Shown one piece after another: positions 1 to 12,050 of a stretch of DNA of 64,000 nucleotides. The notes beneath the pieces were generated by a model, which made no database searches, was not told the origin of the DNA, and saw nothing but the letters and a program-made list of their open reading frames with translations. Position 1 is the stretch's first letter. The number at the start of each line of letters is the position of its first letter. The position numbers and the translations under genes were made by a program. The DNA is from Callorhinchus milii (Eukaryota): NCBI RefSeq assembly GCF_018977255.1, contig NW_024704742.1:82152001-82216000 (forward strand), read 5' to 3'.

Positions 1-325
1 CTGAAAGCACTTCAAAGAATTTATTATACAGTGTATTTGTAGGAAAACATGGCAGCCAATTTACACACAGAATGCCACAATTAATTAATTTCTCTTTTTA
101 AAAAGGTTTTATTGGATATTCAATGTTTTAATGTAGTGTTGCATTGAGGTTTTAATGTCCACCTTAACAGGCAAATGAGACCTCGGTTTAAGGCACTTCT
201 GACAATGTAGCACTTCCCCTAACATTGTGTTGAAGTGTCAGTCTCGATTGTGAGCAAAATCTTGACAGGGGGCTTGAACCCATAATCTTCTGACTCAGTG
301 ATGAGAGTGCTATCAACTGAACCAG
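1..325 (-). mobile_element. Deu-domain tRNA-derived SINE (SacSINE1/AmnSINE-like), old copy
   Basis: The minus strand reads a tRNA-like head (ctggttcagttgatagcactctc...ggttcaagcccc), the Deu-type body (aaaccgaggtctc...gtggacattaaa) and the tail (aaattggctgcc). The same layout recurs many times in the window. Confidence 0.8.
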
Positions 326-425
326 TGAGCACTCGAGTGTTTGCCCAGTCTATGAGCTTTAATCCTGATGTGGGGTTTGATCCACCTTCTTTACCCAGAA
401 GTAACAGTGCTATGAAATGAAAGTA

Positions 426-1950
426 GAGTCCAATAACATAGTGGTTAGCAAACTTGGTTCCCAGTCGGGGCAAAACCTTAGTCAAGTTTCCTTACTCCAT
501 ATGCTTCTGTTTACCCAGCTGTAAGTAGGAATTTGTGGTTATTAGTCGCTGGGGGATCGCTTTATGGGTATAAAAAAAAGAGTCACTCAATGCACAACTA
601 TTTGTGGGGTACTGCTGTACGTAATCGGCTGCCATGTTTCACACAAAAAATACAGTCGATCGATTTTATAATATATTCGGCAAAGCGCATTGAGACATCT
701 CAATGATACTCTATCCTCCTCCACTGCCTCTCCCTTCATCTCAACGTTCATGGTTCTGTCCTTGACTGGTTCAGAACCTACCTTTCACACCATCTCCATT
801 TTGTCTCCACAAACGGCTGCTCATCCAGTCCCTGCACCATCCCGTGTAGTGTTCCTCAGGGTTCTGTACTTGGTCATCTCCACTTCAATATCTCCATGCT
901 CCCTCTTGGTGGAATCATCCGCAGGCATAGGGTCAACTTCCACATGTGTGGGGATGACACCCAACTCTACCTCTCTGCCTCCACCCTCAACTCTAGGACC
1001 ACTACTGTCCTGACTGAATGTCTGTCAGACATCAAGTCCTGATAAGAGCTAACCTTCTCCAATTGTACGTCAACAAGACTGAGACTCTGCTGATTGGCTC
1101 CCGTCAGCGCCTCCTCACCTCAGGTGCTGACAACATCACCCTCCATGGTTGTGCACTCCACCTGATTAAGCCAGTCTGGAACCTTGGCGTCTCATTTGAC
1201 CCTCAACTATCCTTTCTACCCCACATCCATGCCTTGATCTGCTCTGCCTTGCCCCACATCTGCAACATCGCTTGGCTCCGCCACTGTCTCTTCCCTCAAG
1301 CTCCCCAAACCCACATGCATGCATTTCTTACATCTAGGCTTGACTACGTCAACTCTTTGCTTGTCAGTCTTCTCAACTCTTTCCTCCACAATCTGCTGAT
1401 CATCCAGAACTCTGCAGCTCGTGCCCTCTCCCACATCAGGCTCCTTGACCCTATCTACGCCACCCTTGCTTGGCTCCACTGGCTCCCCATCCCCCAGAGG
1501 ATAGAGCTCAAAAACCTTATCCTTGCCTTCAAGGCCCTCCATGGCCTTGCTCCTTCTTAGCTCTGTGACCTGCTAAACCTGTATCAACCTGTCCCTCTCT
1601 CCACTCAGCAGGCTCAGGGCTGCTCCACATCCACCACCCAGCTAGCCCCACCATTGGCCGTTGGACCTTCAGCTTCTCTGCCCTCACCCTGTGGTACTCC
1701 ATCCCACAGTCCCTTTGGCTTGCTCCCTATCTTGCCTCCTTCAAGGGACATCTCGAGACCTTCTTCTACGACCACACAATGTGCCACCCTCTTCTCCCTA
1801 CCCTCCCTGCCCTCCACTCCCATGCTTGGGTTCAAATCCCTGTCTGTCCAGCACCTTGGGACGTCCTCCTGAGGTGAAAGGCACTAAACAAATGTAATTT
1901 GTTATTGTTGTTATGATAAGGCACTATATCCAATGCAAGGATTATTATTA
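426..1950 (+). mobile_element. tRNA-derived SINE with L2-type tail, split by an L2 insertion
   Basis: The body (caagtttccttactcc...gtaagtaggaa...tttgtggg..actgctgt) runs to gagacatctcaatga at ~706. The tail tgataaggcactatatccaatgcaaggattattatt resumes at ~1914. Confidence 0.8.
709..1912 (+). mobile_element. L2 LINE, 5'-truncated and decayed (RT C-terminal part plus 3' UTR)
   Basis: Translates to L2 ORF2 motifs ([51 protein letters not shown]) with frameshifts. Ends in gggacgtcctcctgaggtgaaaggc and a (TTG)n tail. Confidence 0.95.
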
Positions 1951-3239
1951 TTCATTTAAAATGGTCTAACACATCTAGATTTAGAGGAAGCACTCAATGT
2001 TCAGTCATTGGATAGACTGTCAGATTGGACAAGGTGCAGGGCCTTGTGGCACAGAGATGCAACATGTCTAATCCCAAAGAAGGTTTGAAACATCTCTCAT
2101 TTCACTCCTCAAAGCTGATGATTGACTTTGACTGTAGCACTCTTGACAGCAGAATAAGAACATCTTGCTGAGGTAGAAGATACATCACATGAAAATACAA
2201 TACAGAAACAAAGATTATCATGTATCTCCCTTCCACAATGTTGTGTTATCTGTAAAATAGTTAAATTGTGTAATTAAAAATGATACCCAGCCAGCTTGAA
2301 AAATGTATTGAAAGCCTATGAGATGTTCCTAATTTCATCCTGTACTCTTCTATGAGCTTCCTACGCATGTCACATTTTTTGCAGCTGTTTGCAGCTTATT
2401 GAATACCCTCAAGAGTACATTTGCTGCAGAACCCATTACCTACTTTCAATCACACTCAAAAGTTGGCTTCTCATAAGCCCCCATGATGAATGTTGATTCT
2501 CACAGGTGCAAACGATAAGGCAGACCCTTCATTGAACATTGAAAATGTCCAGGGTGTTCACAAAGTTACCCTCATGGTTTCTACAGTGCGTTGACAAACG
2601 TGGAAGAATGATAATAATTATATTTAGTGCAAGTGTTTAACTGTATTTAGACGTACAACAGATCAGTGTAAGCGCCAGATATAAACATTCACTGTAAGAT
2701 AAAAAGGGGATAACACGACTTTGTGAATACTCTGTACTTGTAGCCTTCTCCTTCTGAGACAAAGTATCAATAATGGCTCAGGCATAAATGTTTTCAAATA
2801 ATTGATGGTACAGAACAAATTAAATAAAATATACAGTTCAAGAGTAAAAGGAATCAAGTGAAATATTTAAAAGCATACTATTATGCTTTGCACATTTCAT
2901 CCACAAAATCTACAGTGAATTCACTTTAGAGTGTATTCTGTGAAGTGCTTTGAGATGTCTCAAAGACATAAGGCGCTACATCAAATGCAAGGATTAATAT
3001 TATCATTATTTTATTCACAAAGGAATCTACAACATTTCCAGAATTCAATTTTCAAGGGTCACAGTCAAAGTTTCTTCAGAGACATTCTCTCTTTGTTTCT
3101 CTTTCTCCTCACAGTACAAACCTGCTCTCGCCTGCCCTTTAGGTTCTATTACTCTCCAGTGCTTAGCTTGTTTCAATGAAAGCCCTATACCAGCAGTTTT
3201 TCACTTGGGCCATTACAGGACACAGTGAAAGGAGACTGT

Positions 3240-3390
3240 TCTTGCAGCCTGTGTTAAATACTCTCTGGAATTAGGTAAGCAAAATGCATCCCTCAAGGGA
3301 GAGAGTGCGCATTGCATTCCAATGCACAGGAATTTCCATGTATAGATGGGATGCATAGAATTCTTAGTTTGGTTTTTCTTTGGCATGAAT
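3240..3390 (+). mobile_element. Unclassified dispersed non-coding repeat ('family X'), internal fragment
   Basis: ctctggaattaggtaagc...ggagagagtg...cattccaa...ggaatttccatgtatagatggga matches the copies at 42.2-42.4 kb and 43.9-44.1 kb. Confidence 0.7.
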
Positions 3391-4611
3391 TTGGATGACT
3401 AAAAGTTCTTCAAAATGTATTGTATTGTAACATTGCTCCATTCTATATTTAGGAGTGTACTCAAGGCTGCAACTCAAAAATCTAAGGTGTCCACTGAAAT
3501 CTGGCATTACCATTCAGTGTCACATCAGAAGGTTAATGTAGTGCAGCCATGAGCTTCGATGGGCCAAATGGTCTTTTCTCATCCTGATATTTCTGATGTT
3601 ATTTCATGAGGAAATAAACTACTTTGAACATTCGATTGATTTATCTGTTTAGCAGCTAAAATTTAAATACTTGAATTGTTATGGAGAGATGATATAATGA
3701 GAGAAACATTAAATTTTTACTATAATATCCGTTTTAGTTTACAATATGAAGAAATCCTTTGTTATAATGATCTGTCAGGTGTGAATTTTGAGTTACTTTA
3801 GCATTGCACCATCTGTTTCTGTGAATATGTATCCTTGAGTACATACTCATATGCTTTGCATATGTGAGTGTGTGTATCAAACTGACAATCCCAGTAGCTG
3901 TAATATCAAGGGCTAAAAACAATGCATTCAAGCTGTCAACATAGGGGAAATGTCAGAATAAGCTTTAAACTCAGCGGGGCTCAGATTGCAAATCTATTTA
4001 AACATATGGAGCCCTGGTTAATTTTGAAGAGTGACACACTCTAAAAGACATGTACATACAATGTAAATGAGCACTGCCACTTCTAGCAAATGAAGTTTAC
4101 TGGCCTGTAGATTTCAAAAGTTTCATTTAAATGTCACAAAATGCTCTTTGTGGGAACAATGAAAAACATCTGTACATCTGTTAGAATGGTGGGGGGAGAC
4201 AAATATTAATTACTGATGTCAGCTTTTTTGATTTCTGTATCCTTTATTTTTCACCTCTTTTATATTTTCTTGCATTTGTTGGCTTCCATTGTCTGGATAC
4301 CATTTGGATAACAAATGTAATTGTGTTGTATTTGTATGTGAAATTTCAAGTAATGTTTCATATATTCTACAACTGTGAGTCAGTGTTGTGTTACTTTCAG
4401 TACAACATTGCAATACTCAGTTCTAATATAGTTTAATAAAAACTCAGTTATTCCAAGATAAAATATGGATTGGTGAAGATCACTTCTTCGATATTTGTTT
4501 TTCATGTGACAGCATTTCAGGAGTTTGAGAATTCACCTGAGATAGTGACTATTATTTTAAACTCAAAAACTATCCTTATTTGTCATATACATAAAAATTA
4601 TGTTAAAATCA

Positions 4612-5033
4612 ACAAAATACAACAACAACAAAATTACATTTGAAGAGGACCTTTCACGTCGGGAGAATGTCCAAAGCGCTGAACAGTCAGGCGTCGGGAC
4701 CCGAGCAGGGGGGGAAATGGTCAGGGTGAGGGGAGAGAGCAAGTGGGGGTAGAGAGTCAAAAGGGGAGAGAGAGGTCAAAGAGAAAGGTCTTGAGACCGG
4801 CCTTGAAGGAGGCAAGGGAGGAAGCAAGGCAAAGGGACCGTGGGATGGAGTTCCAGAGTGTGGGGGCAGAGAGGCTGAAAGCTCGGCCACCGATGGTAGA
4901 GAGGGTCGGGCGGGAGACATGGAGCAGGCAGAAGCTTGATGAACGGAGGGAGCGGGCAGGCTCGTAGGGAATCAGCAGGTCAGAGAGGTAAGAGGGTCAA
5001 GGCCATGGATGGCCTTGAAGGTGAGGATGAGGA
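4612..5033 (-). mobile_element. L2 LINE 3' fragment, young
   Basis: Closely matches the L2 3' ends at 17.6 kb, 25.7-26.1 kb and 38.2 kb. The tail appears as (CAA)n on the + strand. Confidence 0.95.
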
Positions 5034-5064
5034 GCATGTCAGTTTTTGCTCTGTGGAATCAGAG

Positions 5065-5570
5065 GAGTCAGCAAAGGTCTGACAAAGCGAACTTGATAGG
5101 ATGGGCAGCTAACTCGCAAATATAGTTTAATGCGATAAATGCATGGTTCTACATATAGAAAGTAAGAATAGGAAACACAAGTACTCTAAATGTACTTCCA
5201 CTTCCCAAGTGCAAATCTGAAAGAGATCTAAGGATGCAATTTGACTTATGTCAGAACTATGTCAGGTAGCAATAAACATGGCAAACAGGATTCTGAACTA
5301 TATTGCCAAATCAGTTGAGTTCAAAAGCCCACATGTTATACTCAAGATATTTAGTGCTTTGGCAAGAGTACTGGATACAGCAATGGTCATTGTGACATAA
5401 ATACCCCAGAGATACTTCAGAGGAGAGCAATGAGGGTGATCCGTAACATTAGAGGAATGAGCTATGAGCAAGAATTAAACAAGCTCTTCAGGCTTGAGAG
5501 AAGACATTTTATAATGGACTTTATAGAGGTATATAACATTTGAGATGGAATTGAAAAAGTAAGTACATGA
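5065..5570 (+). mobile_element. CR1 LINE ORF2 fragment, old
   Basis: Degenerate CR1 signatures: tttaatgcgataaatgc, gaaagagatcta, gcaaacaggattctg, cagaggagagcaatgagggtgat, agctatgag. Confidence 0.7.
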
Positions 5571-5834
5571 CCATGTTTTCAGATACACTGACAATATAAA
5601 ATAGTGGCTTATTTTATCTATTCTTAATTATGCGTCACACAGCAGTGAATATTCTTTAGATTTTCCTGTGCTTCTTGAAATGTCCATTTTGATTTATTTG
5701 GAATATTTCTTTTCAGTATTTGCTGTAGTATTAACTTCAAATTTGTTTACAGACGTTGCTCTCCTTTTTTTCTTACAAACAAATATAATTATAACATTGT
5801 GTTTTATTTTTATTTATTTTTGGGGGGACAGGTA

Positions 5835-5945
5835 CTAAACATATGCAGAAACCCAACGTGCTTAAGAGTATCCAAATGGACTGAGAGATCCAAATGTGCT
5901 ATTTACGCATGGAAATTTCTCTGGGTCTGGAATAGTGTATCCGAA
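5835..5945 (-). mobile_element. Family X 3' fragment
   Basis: gaaacccaacgtgcttaagagtatccaa...catggaaatt matches 55690-55775 and 30410-30490. Confidence 0.6.
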
Positions 5946-5984
5946 TCACAATTCAACTAACAAAATAAATATAATTAATTAATT

Positions 5985-6345
5985 AGCCTGGCTCAGTTGA
6001 TAGTACTCACCTCAGAAGGTTTTGGGTTCTACCTACATCAGGACTTTGAACTCACATGCTCCAAGCTGACAGATGTATTCTTCAGATGACATGGTGAACT
6101 GAGATCCCACCTGCCTGCTCATGTGGACATTATCTATTCGAATAGAGAAGGGAATTTCTCCCAGTATCCTGACCAAAAATCCCCCAAATAAAATTTGTCA
6201 CTCACTCCATGGCTGTTTGTGGGACATTCCCGGGAACTGCCACATTTATCCACAAAATAACAGACACTATGCAGTAAGCCCTCTGGAATGCTCAGAGACA
6301 TCCTCCAGGTTTGAAAGCACAATATCAAATGTAAGGATTATTGTT
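5985..6345 (+). mobile_element. Deu-domain SINE
   Basis: Head agcctggctcagttgatagtac; body cttcagatga...gagaagggaatttctcccagtatcctgacc; tail catggctgtttgtgggacatt...tcaaatgtaaggattatt. Confidence 0.8.
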
Positions 6346-6982
6346 ATGGAATGAATATAAATGATTGAAAAACTTCAGAAAACCAGAGGTGTGCATGTGG
6401 AGCAGATAACACCAAAAGCACAGCATGCATTCAGAAGCATTGACTTTACATGAAGAAAGATGTGGTCCAGGTGAGGTGAATCATACAAATATCTGCATAA
6501 CCGCTGCAGCTTTCAGTTGTTGCACGAAGATATGTCAGGAACATCTAGGACATGTTGATGTACATCGAAAAGTGGAATATGTTCCTAATGAAATTCCTGT
6601 TTCAACTCAAAATGCAATCAGTTCAACTTTACATATACAAGAGTCATGTGTTCCCAGGGGTAAAGGCAGTCAGTATAGCTAAATGTGTATAATGGCACAA
6701 ACACAGTCAATGGGAATTTAAATGTTTAGCAAGATTATTATGACCTAATTTATCTTGCAAACAGGGCTCGTGTTGACAGTAATAACATAGCAGTTCTCAG
6801 TAACCGCACCCACTTGCCAGCTCTTCAGGTTTTACCACACACTGAAACTTAAGTCGAACATGCACTCAAATCACGTTCAGTTTCTTTCCAAAACCACCTA
6901 GATTTCTTTGTACAAGTCGTATTGTATAAGCAAACAATTTCCCAATTTGTAATCCCGCTCCCATATTCTCCGTTACTCTCAC

Positions 6983-7320
6983 ACTTACCGGCTGCAATGA
7001 ACCATGGGAAATGATGTCCTGATCCGTTACCACTTGCGCACGTAGCAGCCGACTGCATTGAACTGCAGGAAATGTAGTCTTGATCCGTCACTGTACGCCC
7101 AAAAGAACTTAATTTCCTCGATTCAGTTCCAATGTTTGCTGGTAAGTGCTCATGAGGTGATAGGGCAAGATGCATTGAATCACAGGAAACGTAGTCTTGA
7201 CCCATCAACCCATGTGTACTTAGTGGCTTTATTGAATTATGCATGGGTGGTGTAGATTATTAATTAAATCAGATTTTATGATTTATACAAGTTTGCCGAT
7301 AACTCAGACTGCGGGTAAGT
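6983..7320. promoter_or_regulatory. Candidate (bidirectional) promoter with clustered ZNF143/SBS (ACTACAnnTCCCA-type) motifs
   Basis: Three related motifs at 6994-7018, 7055-7079 and 7172-7196; the minus strand of the middle one reads gactacatttcctgcagttcaatgc. CpG is locally elevated. Consensus splice donors face outward: minus CG|GTAAGT at 6983-6988, plus TG|GTAAGT at 7142 and GG|GTAAGT at 7315. Confidence 0.5.
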
Positions 7321-7364
7321 CATATTAAGTGTTATAGTCCCGACTGATACAACTTATGCGTAAC

Positions 7365-7680
7365 AGTAATTCTTGTGTTTGATGTAGCATGACAAAAACA
7401 CTTAAAATGCTTCACAGATTATTTTTGTCAAGTGTAGTGACTGTGTAGTTGTTGGCCAACGCAGCAACTGTTTTGCACAAAGCAAGATCCCACAATCAGC
7501 CATCAGGTGAATGTCCCGAAAGTCCCTTTTCTTTTCCAATCTTGTCGCGGTACCTTCAACATCCAGCTGATCAGGTAGATATGACCTTTGTTTAACCTCT
7601 CATCCAAAAGATGGCACCTCCAACATTGTAATACCCAAATAACATGCTGGATGTCACCCATAGTGTGTGCTCATGAAACT
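7365..7680 (-). mobile_element. Deu-domain SINE, old
   Basis: gcaagatcccacaatcagcc...ttcaacatccagctga...tttaacctctcatccaaaagatggcacctcc is the reverse of the Deu body. Confidence 0.7.
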
Positions 7681-9206
7681 AAACTCACTCCAGCTGCCCT
7701 CACCCGTCTCCCTGCAGTTCAACCAATGTAATGTTTCCTAATTTACTTCCATTTTCTGGGAAGTTTATTATAAGGAAATCAAACGAGAAAATTGTACATT
7801 GTACATTTTTCCTTAATTATTGTGTATTTAACTAAGATAATGCCAATATTTCGTATTGGTTATTGCTTGTAGTTTCACTTCTGAATGATAGTCTTACAAA
7901 TTACAGTAAGTGACCAGCGCATTCACCCCAGAAAGTTCCCAAAATGATGTTAGGAGTCATATCATCTAATCCTTGCTGTTTCCATTTAAGTGTCAAGCTT
8001 CCATTAGTGAGTGATGAATTGCCACCCTGCAACTGAGCTAAGAATCATTCATTTTGTATCAGTTTATTACCACTATCACAATATATGTGATCCAAATATA
8101 TGTTACCTACTGATTGGTGAGCCAGTGATGAGAGGGCATTAATTTAAGATAGTTAGTAAACAAGCAAATGAGAAGGTTTGGAGAATTTTTTTCACCTGCA
8201 GAGTAGCTAAGATATGGAATGCCATGCTGGGAATGTTAGTTGAGACAGAATGCATATTGGCCTTCAAGAGGGAACTAGTGGCATGAATTTCTATGTTTCT
8301 AAATAATTGGCACTACATATAGAGAGCTACACGCTTACAGGTGGACAAATGAGGAAAATTTGCCTTTGCACATTGTCAATGCCACAACCCACCCTAGAGT
8401 TCTCACAAAACTTGACATCAGGTCAAGGGAACAAAGAAGTTTAGTGTGGTCTCCAATATTTCAGTCATTGGAAGATTATCTGCCAGGCTTATATATTCAT
8501 GAGGTTACGAACACCCTTGTTGCAAAACCTGCCAATGGATACATAGTAGGAGGTGGAGCTTTGGCATGTCTCTGTGCATTTCTCTTAAGCTACGCATTTC
8601 TGAAGCCTGCTGTATAATATAATATTCAACACACATTGTCAGTTTCAAAACTAACATAATTTCTAATTGATGTGCACATTGTGATAGCGGTAATAATGTA
8701 TTCATCGTTGATATACAATATGTGACAAGACATGTCACACCATAGCAGCTATATTAGATGTAAGACAAGTCGTCATCCTACTTACAATAATAATTTTCAC
8801 TCACAAAATACACAGTCACTCCACTTTACAGGATATTTTGTGAAGTATTTTGAGATGCCTCAATGACTTGATAAGGCGCTATATCAAATACAAGGATTAT
8901 TGTTATTATTACAAGCACAACACAAAAATCAACAACAAGTTGCATTATATAGTCCCCTTCATGAACATCGTGTCTTGGAGCACCGCACAGTGAGGCAGAT
9001 GAACACCACGCAAAGGAGAAGGGAAAGGGGAAGGTGATCATAGTTCGCGGTTTAAGAGATAAGTCTTCAGGTGGGATTTAAAGATAGATAAAGCGAGGGT
9101 GAGGCAGGAGGAGTTTGAGGCACAGAAGTTCCAGAGATTAGGAGCAGAATGCCAATGAAGCCTGGTGAGGATTGGGATGATGGTCATGCAAAGTTTGGTA
9201 CATGTC

Positions 9207-9480
9207 AGTCCTGTAGCTCAGTGGTTAGAGCGATCACCTAGCATGCAAGAGACCAGGGTTTGATTCCCATCAGGGCAGTTTTCCGGGGATAATAATTCCT
9301 TAAAAAATAATAATTTGGTCAGCCAATCGATAACTGTTTATGGGACACTGCTGTGTGCAATTAGCTGCCTCATTTTGCTCAGAAATATACAATCAATTCA
9401 CTTTACAGTATATTCTGTGAAGCTCTTTGAGACGTTTAGAAGACGTGAAAAGCTCTGTATCAAATGCAAAGATTATTATT
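9207..9480 (+). mobile_element. tRNA-Ala-like SINE with L2-type tail
   Basis: Head gtcctgtagctcagtggttagagc and tail gtcaat/caattcactttacagtatattctgtgaag...tcaaatgcaaagattatt. Confidence 0.9.
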
Positions 9481-10994
9481 GTGCAAAGTGCTTGGAGTCA
9501 CTTTGACATACGGTGTTGCATCAGATGGAAGCACTGGTATTATTAGGACTGGAGGCCACAGGATGAGCAGTACCGTCATAATACAAGCTACAATACTAAA
9601 CACTGCCAGTAGTCTATGGTTGGAGCTAAATTATCAATATATTTAAGAGAAAACTGAACGCATACATGAGGGAGAAGGTAGTAGAGTGGTGTAGGAGAAG
9701 GAAATAGGAGGCGCAGAGACTCATGGTGAGTATAACCAGTGGCATTGACTAGTTGGGTTGAATGGCCTGTTTCCATGCTGTAACATTCTATGTAACACTC
9801 TATTTAATATCCTCTATGCAACCAGAAAGAACCAATACATGAGAATCTGCAGCACAAAAATAAACATTGGTGTATTAAGGTCTTCCAAGAAGTCAACAGA
9901 GTACAGTTTTCTTCCTATTATAGCATTTATATTGCAGAAATAATTTTTGGTGTTGTATTGAAGTGTCATATGTTGATTCAGTTTTCACATGAGCTATAAG
10001 GAGCTTGGGGACATCTGAGGAGAAATATTCCTGGATGTGGTTTCTCCTTGTATTGGTAGATCCACTCATTCTACAGCTAATGTAATTCCAGGTTTTCCTT
10101 AAAAATTCTTATAATTTTTAATTTCCATGACCCTCTGGGTAGTCCGGAAGTTTTGAAGCGTGCAGAACAGAGTAAATGGTCTGCAGGAATTATGAACTCA
10201 ATTTTATACTGCAGCTTTAGAATAAATCAAATATCTGCAAGAAAACTTGTTTTATTTTGCAAACTATTTTGTTTTGTTGTTGAATTCTGCTCAGTAAAAT
10301 GTGCCTTGTGTTTGTATTTGGTGAAGTTGTGCGCTGGGAGTTGGTGGGGTTGTGATACGATGCCTTCCAGGATTCATCCACCCATCTATACATTCACTCC
10401 TCCCTCTCTCCCCTTTCTCCCTCCCCTTCCTTCACTCCTCTTTCCCCAGATTTGAACAATCCTGGCATTATGAATTGGCTCAAATCAAAAAGTTTAGCCA
10501 GGAAAATTGGCATTTTTTTCACTTGATGCAACATCCATGAATATGGACCAGCACCCCATGTGATTGATATACACCATTACATTGTCCATTAGGTTAGGGT
10601 CCATTTGGGCCCTAATTTTTTTATCTTTCTGCAGTCCGCAATACCGAAGACACAAAGGAATTCAACAATAGGATCAGAGCATAGCTGATGATAACATGTG
10701 CGTCTGTGATTTGAGGGAGTGGATGTATTTCTCTCTTCTCAGTATGAGTGCATTGCAACTCGAAAGAGTGGACTGCGCAGTGTCAAATATATCTCCGTCT
10801 AGTGAATAGAAGGAGTCTGTGTCGCATAGAAATTAACTGTAGCAGTCAACCTGAATGTTATGGATGTAGCAAAATGGTTCTGAGATTTCAAAGTATTAAG
10901 TGAGGGTGTGAAATCTATGACTGAGGGCATCTCTGGACTCTTAAAAACTTGCAAAACTAGTCTGCAGAATGCAGAATAGAAGCCAATGATATAT

Positions 10995-11608
10995 TATAAT
11001 AATAATACTTGCATTTGATACAGCGCCTTATCACGTCTTCGATATGTCTCCAAGTACTTCACAGAGTGTACTATAAAGTGACTGTATATTTTGTGGCCGA
11101 AAAGCAGCAGCATATTGCGCACAGCAGTGTCCCACAAATAACCACTACCACCACCGCCAACAACAAAATTACATTTGTAAAGCGCCTTTCACATCGGGAG
11201 GACATCCCAAGGCGCTGGACAGACAGTTATGGACCCGAGTTGGCAGTCGGGGAGGGTGGAGGGCAGGGGAAAGCAGGGAGATCGAAAGCACAGTCAAAGT
11301 GGAGGGTCTTGAGATGGGACTTGAAGGTGGAAAGGGAGGGGATGAGGTGGAGGGATTGCGGGATGGAGTTCCCAAACAGTCGTGGATTGAAGTGAACAAT
11401 TTATTAATTTATTTATTTATCTATCTATTTATTTATTTGAAGGAATTATTACCCCCGGAAAAGCAATCCTCCAATCGACTAACAACCAGGTTCCTACTTA
11501 TTGCTAGATAAATGGAGGTGTGTGGAATAAGGAAACTTGTCCAACATTTCGCCCTGCCGGGAATCGAACCCAGGTCTCTCACTTACGAGGCGAGTGCTCT
11601 AACCGCTG
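10995..11608 (-). mobile_element. tRNA-Ala-like SINE interrupted by an L2 3' fragment (~11140-11372)
   Basis: The SINE tail runs to gcagtgtcccacaaata. An L2 3' end (aaagcgcctttcacatcgggaggacatcccaaggcgctgg) follows. The SINE then resumes at caaacagtcgtggattgaagtg and continues to the tRNA head. Confidence 0.85.
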
Positions 11609-11754
11609 TCTCACCTTCCAGTCAACAAATATGGGCTGAAATGCACGGATTGGAAAATATGAGGCTGGTCTGGTTTGGATTTTTTTTAGATTTTGTTTAG
11701 AAGTTTTATTGGAAATTAATCATAATTGGTTAAAGATCCTTCCTTCCTTCCTGT

Positions 11755-12050
11755 GGAGTCCTGTAGCTCAGTGGTTAGAGCACTCGCTTTGCAAGTGAGA
11801 GACCTGAGTTCAATTCCAGGCAGGGCAAAACCTTGGGTAAGTTTCCTTACTCCACACACCTAATATTAATCCCTCCAAAACCAAAAATAATAATAAATTG
11901 GTCATTTTCAATCCATGACTGTTTGTGGGACATTGCTGTGCACAATTGGCTGCTGCGTTCGCCCACAAATATACAGTCAATTCACTTTACAGTATATTCT
12001 TGAAGCGCTTTGGGACGTCTAGAAGATGTGAAAAGCGCTATATCAAAAAA
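11755..12050 (+). mobile_element. tRNA-Ala-like SINE, short subfamily
   Basis: Full head ggagtcctgtagctcagtggttagagcactcgctttgcaagtgagag with A and B boxes; complete tail. Confidence 0.95.

Noticed and set aside
6849..7244. 131-aa ORF with internal repeats (QDYVSCDSM / QDYISCSSM)
   Set aside because: The repeats are translations of the ZNF143-like DNA motif. It is not a recognisable protein.
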